Shown in pieces: positions 57,904-64,000 of a DNA stretch of 64,000 nt; the first letter of the stretch is position 1; each line of letters starts with the position of its first letter. A model generated the notes under the pieces. The model did no database searches. It saw only the letters and a list, made by a program, of their open reading frames with translations, and was not told the DNA's origin. This stretch comes from an uncultured Caulobacterales bacterium (GTDB lineage: Bacteria; Pseudomonadota; Alphaproteobacteria; Caulobacterales; Maricaulaceae): assembly GCA_937923965.1 (NCBI GenBank), contig CALDTL010000021.1, positions 3,431 to 67,430 of the forward strand. Direction: 5' to 3'. The position numbers were made by a program, and so were the translations under genes.

Positions 57904-59664
57904 CTACTTAATTTCTGGGATGTCCGCAGCCATTTCTTGGCCGAATCGGGCGTTGTTGCGCGCGCGGATGGCGGCTTGCACTTCGGGTAGGGCCGCGATT
58001 TCTTGCAGGGCTTGAACGTCCTGCGCCAGCTGGGCTGAGCCTGTGAAGAGGTCATTGATCTGTTCCTCGAATGTTTTTTGACGCGGGAAGACTTTAATCC
58101 GTACGTCCTCATCCTCGTCAATATCGGCCAATCGTTTTGCCGCTTGAATCGCTGTCATAATCCCGCCGAGCTCATCGACGAGGCCGATGTCTTTGGCTTG
58201 CGCGCCTGTCCAAACACGGCCTTTTGCGATGTCCTGAACACGTTCAAGCGGTAAGTCGCGGCCATTGGCAACGCGGGTTGTGAAGTCATCATATATATCT
58301 TGCAACTGACCGCGATAGGCTTCGGCTTGGGTCGGCGAAAACGGGGCGTCCGGAGAATAAGCCCCCGCAAATTCACCGCCAATCGTAATGCCCTCTATAT
58401 TATATCCGACTTTCGCAAAGGTCCCTTCCAGAGCAACTTTTCCGCCGAACACGCCAATCGAGCCCGTAATTGTCTGCGGTAGGGCGACAATATGATCTGC
58501 ATGGGCTGAGACATAATATCCGCCCGACGCTGCATATTGCCCCATAGAGATAACGACGGGCTTGCCAGCATCTCGCGCTCTATCTGCGGCGGCGAGAATT
58601 TGATCCGAAGCGGCGGGGCTGCCGCCGGGGGATGAAACGCGAAAGACGATCGCTTTGACTTTCTTATCCTTCAAGGCCTTATCAAAGCCTTCAGACACCG
58701 TGTCGCCGCCCATTGTAATGGTCGGCGAGAAAAGTGAGCCGCCGGAGGATCGCCCGGGGAGAACGGCGCCCTGGCCACCGATGAAGGCGATTGTGCTGGC
58801 CCCAGTTGTTGTACCTGGGCCGTAACTGCTAATAGAGGTGAAGGCGATTTTGTCATCGCCCAGTTTCTTGCGGACATAATCTTTGGCTTCTTCGAGCTGG
58901 CCGAGTTTGTCGATCATTCCGGCTTCCAGTGCATCCTCCGCGCTATGCGGTGAGGCTTGTAAAATCTGCGAGATGCCGGGCGCCGTCATGCCGCGATCCG
59001 CCGCGATTTGCGCAACCGCATTGTCATAAATCGAGGTGAGGTAGCTCGTCGTGGCTTCGCGGTGAGCGTCTGTGAATCCTTTTTCAGTATAACTGTTTAC
59101 GGCACTCTTATATTCATGGAATTGGAAGAACTCTGGATCGGCATCGAATTTTTCCATCACGCCGCCGTAAAATTCTGTCTCCGAACGCAGTCCCGAGACC
59201 GCGAAACCTGTTGTGTCCTGCATCCAAATTTCGTCTGCGGCTGAAACGGCTTGGTAAGACATTAAAGATGTCCCCTCAAAGCCTTGAGCGTGGGCAATCA
59301 CGAATTTGCCGGAGGTTTTAAAATCAAGGAGAGCGAGTCGGAGTTCCTCTGCGCTGGCAGGGGCCATGCCAAAATTCTCTGCGCGGATGAAAACACCTTT
59401 GACCGCGTCGTCAGTCTTTGCGCGGTTCAGGGCATAAACCGTATCCACGATGGAATTTGGCGATTCGCCGAACAGGCTCTCTCCGACGGAATGATCGATG
59501 AAAGGTATGCGTAGGTCGAGGGTCAAAACCTTATCCGGTGTTTTTTCGCCCACAGACGAAAGTGCGCCAAGTAATCCAAAAAACATGATGAGGATAAAGA
59601 GGAGAACGAAAAAGCCAAAAATACCGGCGATCGTTCCGGCCATCGTGATAAAAAACTGGCGCAT
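57904..59664 (-). CDS. sppA: Signal peptide peptidase SppA (long, S49 family)
   Basis: Two S49 domains; HEYKSA, RVSSPGGS, VVISMGQYAASGGY, TITGSIGV, GRVWTG.QA. Confidence 0.93.
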   Translation of the reverse strand: MRQFFITMAGTIAGIFGFFVLLFILIMFFGLLGALSSVGEKTPDKVLTLDLRIPFIDHSVGESLFGESPNSIVDTVYALNRAKTDDAVKGVFIRAENFGMAPASAEELRLALLDFKTSGKFVIAHAQGFEGTSLMSYQAVSAADEIWMQDTTGFAVSGLRSETEFYGGVMEKFDADPEFFQFHEYKSAVNSYTEKGFTDAHREATTSYLTSIYDNAVAQIAADRGMTAPGISQILQASPHSAEDALEAGMIDKLGQLEEAKDYVRKKLGDDKIAFTSISSYGPGTTTGASTIAFIGGQGAVLPGRSSGGSLFSPTITMGGDTVSEGFDKALKDKKVKAIVFRVSSPGGSPAASDQILAAADRARDAGKPVVISMGQYAASGGYYVSAHADHIVALPQTITGSIGVFGGKVALEGTFAKVGYNIEGITIGGEFAGAYSPDAPFSPTQAEAYRGQLQDIYDDFTTRVANGRDLPLERVQDIAKGRVWTGAQAKDIGLVDELGGIMTAIQAAKRLADIDEDEDVRIKVFPRQKTFEEQINDLFTGSAQLAQDVQALQEIAALPEVQAAIRARNNARFGQEMAADIPEIK

Positions 59665-59859
59665 GTAAATCAGTCCATTCATTTATATCTGCGGCGGCAC
59701 GGTTTTAAATCCCTGTCGCGCGGGCAGAATAGGTTGGTTATTTGTTGTTAAACGATAAATGTTTTCCTGCAAGGGCGGATTTCGCCCTTTTTACAGTTAT
59801 AAAGTCGCTGTGGTCTTGCGCCGCGGGTGTCTTCTCTGACATTTTTTTGGTATAATGCG

Positions 59860-59888
59860 TTGCCATCATGCGGCGTGCCTATTATGAG
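59860..59888 (+). promoter_or_regulatory. Possible housekeeping promoter of tRNA-Gln
   Basis: TTGCCA-N17-TATGAG followed by a GC-rich stretch. Confidence 0.3.
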
Positions 59889-59918
59889 GCCGCTCACGTC
59901 TGACGCGAGATGTCATAT

Positions 59919-59992
59919 TGGGGCGTAGCCAAGCGGTAAGGCATCGGGTTTTGATCCCGTGATCGTTGGTTCGAATCCAGCCGCCCCAACCA
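59919..59992 (+). tRNA. tRNA-Gln (anticodon TTG)
   Basis: Acceptor TGGGGCG/CGCCCCA, D arm AGCCAAGCGGTAAGGC, anticodon loop TTTTGAT, T arm GTTGG-TTCGAAT-CCAGC, encoded CCA. Confidence 0.95.
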
Positions 59993-60295
59993 GTCGTTAC
60001 GTGTAAAATTAAGTTTTACACCGTGGGTACTGATCATTTCGTAACCTCTCTAAGCTACTGAAATGAAAATAAATTTCAGGGGGCGCGCGAAAAAAGCACC
60101 TAAACATTCCTGCAGTTCTGGACATTGCGCGCTTTAAGTGTTACTCTGTAACATAAATAAGTTAAATAAGATGAGTTTTTTTTAGGAATATTCCTTGAAC
60201 TCTTCTCGTCGTAATGTTTGATTAATAAAAAAAGACCCGCTAAGGGTCTGTCAGTTACGCGCCGATAAGTGCGCGAACTTATTTGGAGGACGTGA

Positions 60296-61120
60296 GTGGT
60301 GAATTTAAAATCCGCCCGAATTGCGCTTTACGTTGGCTTGCTTGCCAGCGCTCAATTTGCCGGAGCGCAGCTCGGGCTTATGTCGAATGCGCATGGACAA
60401 GCTGCTGATGCGGCCGTTGAGGAATATTCGGCAATTCTTGAGCAAATTCAAAATGTGAAACTTGCCACCCAGCAGCGCCGAGTCATGCTGGAGACCCAAG
60501 ATGCCAACGCCGAGAACCTGCGGGCACAAATCAGTCAGGTGCCGGCTACAAAGGCAGCCGTGAAAGGCATCGTCACTGAGATGGTGGCGGAGATTGCGAA
60601 AGTCATCGAATCGGATCTACCGTTCAGGAAAGATGAACGGGATGCGCGTTTAGGGAAAATGCAAAGCGATCTCGCCGATCCAACAACCCCGCCAGCGGAA
60701 CTTCTCCGCCGTGCGATGAACCTCTACGATATTGAGGCAAACTACGGATATAGTATTTCGGCCTATACGGGCGATCACCCGAAGGCCCCAGGTCGCCGCC
60801 TTGCGGCTTGCTTGGACGACCCGTATTCGAAGGTCTGTAATCTGTCGACTGAGCAGAAAAAACTCGTCGATGCAGGGGCTTCAATTGAAAGTATTTCAAA
60901 CTCCATCAAGGACGGAAATTACGTTCATTTCGGACGCCTGTCATTCATCTACCTCGATCTCGATAGCCGCGAAGGTTTTCGTTGGAGCAAAGAGGCGGGT
61001 GATTGGGAGCCTTTGAAGTCCGGAGATATTTTGAATGCTCGACGGTCCGTGCGTATTGCGCGCGGCGAGAGTGCCCCCGGTGTCGTAACGGCGCCAGTAA
61101 GAGTGCAAGCGGCGCAATAA
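60296..61120 (+). CDS. DUF3450 family protein (copy 1)
   Basis: Signal peptide, coiled coil, DLPFRKDERDARL, EANYGYSISAYTG, HFGRLSFIY, VRIARGESAP. Confidence 0.8.
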   Translation: MVNLKSARIALYVGLLASAQFAGAQLGLMSNAHGQAADAAVEEYSAILEQIQNVKLATQQRRVMLETQDANAENLRAQISQVPATKAAVKGIVTEMVAEIAKVIESDLPFRKDERDARLGKMQSDLADPTTPPAELLRRAMNLYDIEANYGYSISAYTGDHPKAPGRRLAACLDDPYSKVCNLSTEQKKLVDAGASIESISNSIKDGNYVHFGRLSFIYLDLDSREGFRWSKEAGDWEPLKSGDILNARRSVRIARGESAPGVVTAPVRVQAAQ

Positions 61121-61210
61121 CGCCGATTCAACAAAGTCTTTCTGGGTGTGGTTGGGTCAGATGTCGCAGCCCCGTCCCGAAAGAAAAATACAGTAGCCTG
61201 GAAGGAAACC

Positions 61211-61972
61211 ATGTTAAAATCTTCAATCGCCAAGCGCCTTATGCTAGCGACCGTTGCAGTCGGACTGCTCGCCGCCCCAGCTCAGGCCCAGCTTGATACC
61301 GCGCTTAGTATCGCGAAGTCATCGACCGCTTCAGCCGCTTCCTCTCAGCAGCGGGTTGAACAATTAGACGATCAAGCAGACAATGCTGTGCGGGAATATC
61401 GGGCTGTTCTTCAACAGAAAGACAATATCGAGCTCTTCGTTGCGCAGCAGGATATTTTCCGCGCGTCGCAAGAAAGCGAGATCGCATCTTTGCGTCGTCA
61501 GCTTGGTACGGTTGAGCAAATTAAGCAGGGCATGAGCCCAATGATGCTGAAAATGGCGTATAAGCTAGAAGACAGCATTCGGGCGGATCTACCGTTCAGG
61601 CTCAATGAGCGTCTTGCGCGGATTGATAATGTGAAGTCGGTTTTGGGTAACCCCAACGTGTCTCCGGCTGAGCAATATCGCCTTGTGCTAAATGCGTATA
61701 AAAATGAAGTGAGCTACGGCTTAGGTATCGATTCATATGAGGGCGCGCATCCGACACGCCCAGGTAATGTGGTCAACTTTGTCCAATTTGGACGCACGGC
61801 CTTCGTCTACATCACCAAGGATGAAAGTGAAATTGCCATCTATAATCTCGGTTCAAAGAGCTGGGACACATTGGAAGGTGCGGATGCCATTCAGCTCCGT
61901 CAGGCAATCCGAATTGCTAAGGGCGAATCTGCGCCCGGTCTGGTCTTCGCGCCAGTTCTGGCCAGTCAATAG
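61211..61972 (+). CDS. DUF3450 family protein (copy 2)
   Basis: Signal peptide, DLPFRLNERLARI, SPAEQYR, EVSYG, QFGRTAFVY, IRIAKGESAP; ATG 61211. Confidence 0.85.
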   Translation: MLKSSIAKRLMLATVAVGLLAAPAQAQLDTALSIAKSSTASAASSQQRVEQLDDQADNAVREYRAVLQQKDNIELFVAQQDIFRASQESEIASLRRQLGTVEQIKQGMSPMMLKMAYKLEDSIRADLPFRLNERLARIDNVKSVLGNPNVSPAEQYRLVLNAYKNEVSYGLGIDSYEGAHPTRPGNVVNFVQFGRTAFVYITKDESEIAIYNLGSKSWDTLEGADAIQLRQAIRIAKGESAPGLVFAPVLASQ

Positions 61973-61990
61973 AATATAGGAATCAGTAAC

Positions 61991-63430
61991 ATGAGCGTCA
62001 AAATGAAATTCATATCAAAAGCGACAGCGGCCGTGTTCGGCTCCGCTTTGCTATTCTCCGCGGGTTCGGCATCTGCACAAATCGGCTCCGTTGATGGTCT
62101 TCTTCAAGACATCCGCCAAAATGCGGCTAAGGTTGAGGCGGAAAATCAACAGCGTATTCAGCAGTTCCAAGCCCGTGCTAATCAGCAATCAAGCTTGTTG
62201 AGCTCAGCGCAAAGCGAGTTGCGGACCTTAGAAAGCCGCGCCGCAAATGTTGAGAGATCATTTGCATCGAACCGCAATCAAATCTCGCGTCTCGAAGATG
62301 AGTTGCGCGCCGCGCAAGGTGACTTTGGTGAAGTTTTTGGTCTCGCCCGCTCTAAAGCCGGTGAGTTTAAAGCGCTTCTCGATAGCTCGCTGATTACGGC
62401 GCAATATCCAACGCGGACAAATGTTCTGGGCCGTATTGCAGAGTCAAAAGCCCTGCCATCTGCTGAAGATTTGGACAATATCTGGAAATCCATGTTGGTC
62501 GAAATCGAAGCCCAGCGCGAAGTGACTGAGTTCCCTGCGTCAGTGGCTAATATCAACGATGGCGAAGAGCAGCTTGTGACCCGTGTCGGTCCATTCTCGG
62601 TCTTCACATCTGACAATGCTGAGTTCCTAAGCTACAATCAGCCAAATGCAGAATCCGAAGGCGATGCACCTCTGCTTGCATTGCTGCCACGCCAACCCGG
62701 CGGTCAGATTTCTGCTGCGGCTGAAACAGTTGCCTCTGCGTCTGCGGGCGAGCTTGTTTACGCACCGCTTGATCCAACGCGCGGGACTTTGCTTAAGTCC
62801 TTTGAGCGCGTTCCAACATTTGTTGAGCGATTTGGTAATCCGCTGAAGTTCAAGACGGGTTATGGTAAAGTTGTTGGTCTGATAATTGAGTGGATCTTGA
62901 TCCTCGGTGTTGTCTTCGGTCTCCTCAACCTCATCCGGTTGTTCTTCGCAAAAATGGCGATTAACGGGCAGAAGCGTAAGGCGCAGCCGTCCAAGTCAAA
63001 CGCTTTGGGCCGCATCATGATGGCGTATGAAAATGCGCAGAATAAGGATGCTGACACGGTTGAGCTTAAGCTTGACGAAGCGATCTTGCGGGAATCACCG
63101 AAGTTCGAATTTGGTCTAAGTATTCTGAAACTTATGGCCGGTGTGGCGCCGCTTCTCGGCCTTCTCGGTACGGTTACAGGTATGATCCAGACCTTCCAAG
63201 CTATGATGATTTACGGAACTGGCGATCCACAGCTGATGGCTGGTGGTATCTCCGAAGCGCTTATCACAACAATGCTTGGCCTAGTTGCGGCTATCCCGCT
63301 TCTTATCATCCATAGTTTCTGTGCGTCACTTGCGCGCTCTATTCAGGGAACTTTGGAAGAGCAGTCAGCTGGTATCGTTGCCCGTCACGTGGAATCACGC
63401 GGCTTGGGTACGGGTTCAGGCATCGCGTAA
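61991..63430 (+). CDS. MotA/TolQ/ExbB proton channel protein with large periplasmic N-terminus (TtpC-like)
   Basis: Signal, coiled coil, RVGPF, LDPTRG, APLLGLLGTVTGMI.TF, MAGGISEALITT.LGL. Confidence 0.88.
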   Translation: MSVKMKFISKATAAVFGSALLFSAGSASAQIGSVDGLLQDIRQNAAKVEAENQQRIQQFQARANQQSSLLSSAQSELRTLESRAANVERSFASNRNQISRLEDELRAAQGDFGEVFGLARSKAGEFKALLDSSLITAQYPTRTNVLGRIAESKALPSAEDLDNIWKSMLVEIEAQREVTEFPASVANINDGEEQLVTRVGPFSVFTSDNAEFLSYNQPNAESEGDAPLLALLPRQPGGQISAAAETVASASAGELVYAPLDPTRGTLLKSFERVPTFVERFGNPLKFKTGYGKVVGLIIEWILILGVVFGLLNLIRLFFAKMAINGQKRKAQPSKSNALGRIMMAYENAQNKDADTVELKLDEAILRESPKFEFGLSILKLMAGVAPLLGLLGTVTGMIQTFQAMMIYGTGDPQLMAGGISEALITTMLGLVAAIPLLIIHSFCASLARSIQGTLEEQSAGIVARHVESRGLGTGSGIA

Positions 63431-63466
63431 GGGTGCCGGACCAAAAGACGACGAAAGGTTGTTGAG

Positions 63467-64000
63467 ATGGAAAATGTTTATAACGGATTGCAAGAATTTC
63501 TTGCAATCGGCGGGAACATCTTATTCTGGATCATGTTGCTCACATTTTTTATGTGGACGTTCATTCTAGAGCGATTTGCCTATTATCTCTTCGCGCACAA
63601 ACCCCTTAAGTCTCGGCTTAAGGCGGAGTGGGATACCCGGTCAGACAAGACATCGTGGAGAGCCATGGCTGTGAGGGATGAGCTTGTGAGTCAGGTCAAG
63701 CAATCTACGACAGCCAATGTTGGGATCATTAAAACGCTCGTGTCTTTGGCACCTCTTTTGGGGCTGCTCGGAACGGTGACAGGTATGATTCAAGTGTTTG
63801 ACGTGATGGCGTTCTCTGGATCTTCCAATGCGCGCCTCATGGCGGGCGGTGTTTTCCGTGCCACGATCCCGACGATGGCGGGAATGGTCGCGGCGCTTTC
63901 CGGACTTCTCTTTGCGACAATTTTTCCGCGCATGAGTGCGAGAGAAACAGCGCGCTTTGCCAATGAACTCGACGAGTCATCAGCTCGTGTTGCGGCCTAA
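63467..64000 (+). CDS. exbB: ExbB-type proton channel protein
   Basis: LAPLLGLLGTVTGMIQVF, MAGGVFRATIPTMAG; stop at window end. Confidence 0.85.
   Translation: MENVYNGLQEFLAIGGNILFWIMLLTFFMWTFILERFAYYLFAHKPLKSRLKAEWDTRSDKTSWRAMAVRDELVSQVKQSTTANVGIIKTLVSLAPLLGLLGTVTGMIQVFDVMAFSGSSNARLMAGGVFRATIPTMAGMVAALSGLLFATIFPRMSARETARFANELDESSARVAA

Noticed and set aside
57894-58121. N-terminal extension of ORF 57264-58121
   Set aside because: Overlaps the 3' end of sppA; the signal peptide begins at ATG 57893.
59989-59989. Discriminator base A rather than the G common in tRNA-Gln
   Set aside because: Single-base variation in an otherwise canonical tRNA; no basis for a functional claim without a comparative set.
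59919-59992. tRNA-Gln as integration site for the accessory region
   Set aside because: No integrase, and I found no duplicate of the tRNA 3' end; housekeeping-type genes flank the tRNA on both sides.
61991-64000. Second flagellar stator set
   Set aside because: PLLGLLGTVTGMI motifs and DUF3450 context indicate ExbB/TolQ-type channels, not MotA.

Overview
Chromosomal window from a marine alphaproteobacterium; the gene set suggests Hyphomonadaceae/Robiginitomaculaceae (inference only). Five blocks. (1) 1-5033: tail of a glycoside-degradation locus (partial GMC oxidoreductase, two-domain DUF1080 lipoprotein, Cys-type sulfatase, beta-helix lipoprotein). (2) 5774-10243: a ~1490-aa secreted protein made of two duplicated beta-helix modules. 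(3) 10273-46282: a compact, nearly complete flagellar gene cluster (~35 genes, single flagellin, flaF/flbT, two fliL, motE, no chemotaxis genes), bracketed at both ends by an XRE regulator plus a LuxR-family regulator. (4) 46388-53354: a small secreted protein, a membrane-anchored PilZ protein and a 1750-aa RTX protein with 10 tandem repeats and a beta-propeller. (5) 53537-64000: housekeeping-type genes (J-domain protein, pdxH, DUF1499, MBL hydrolase, ATP-grasp-like protein, sppA, tRNA-Gln, start of a DUF3450/ExbB TonB-type operon). Most interesting: a recurrent 15-bp palindrome (RCACYAH-T-DTRGTGY) in four intergenic regions linking motor genes to surface/secreted-protein genes; the mirror XRE/LuxR cassettes; a three-hairpin sRNA candidate at 45255-45374; an uncharacterised 601-aa periplasmic protein downstream of motA; and a FliM lacking the CheY-binding peptide. 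Together these suggest a locally regulated swim-or-stick locus. No integrase, transposase, CRISPR array or rRNA was found. All family calls are from motif recognition; no database searches were run.
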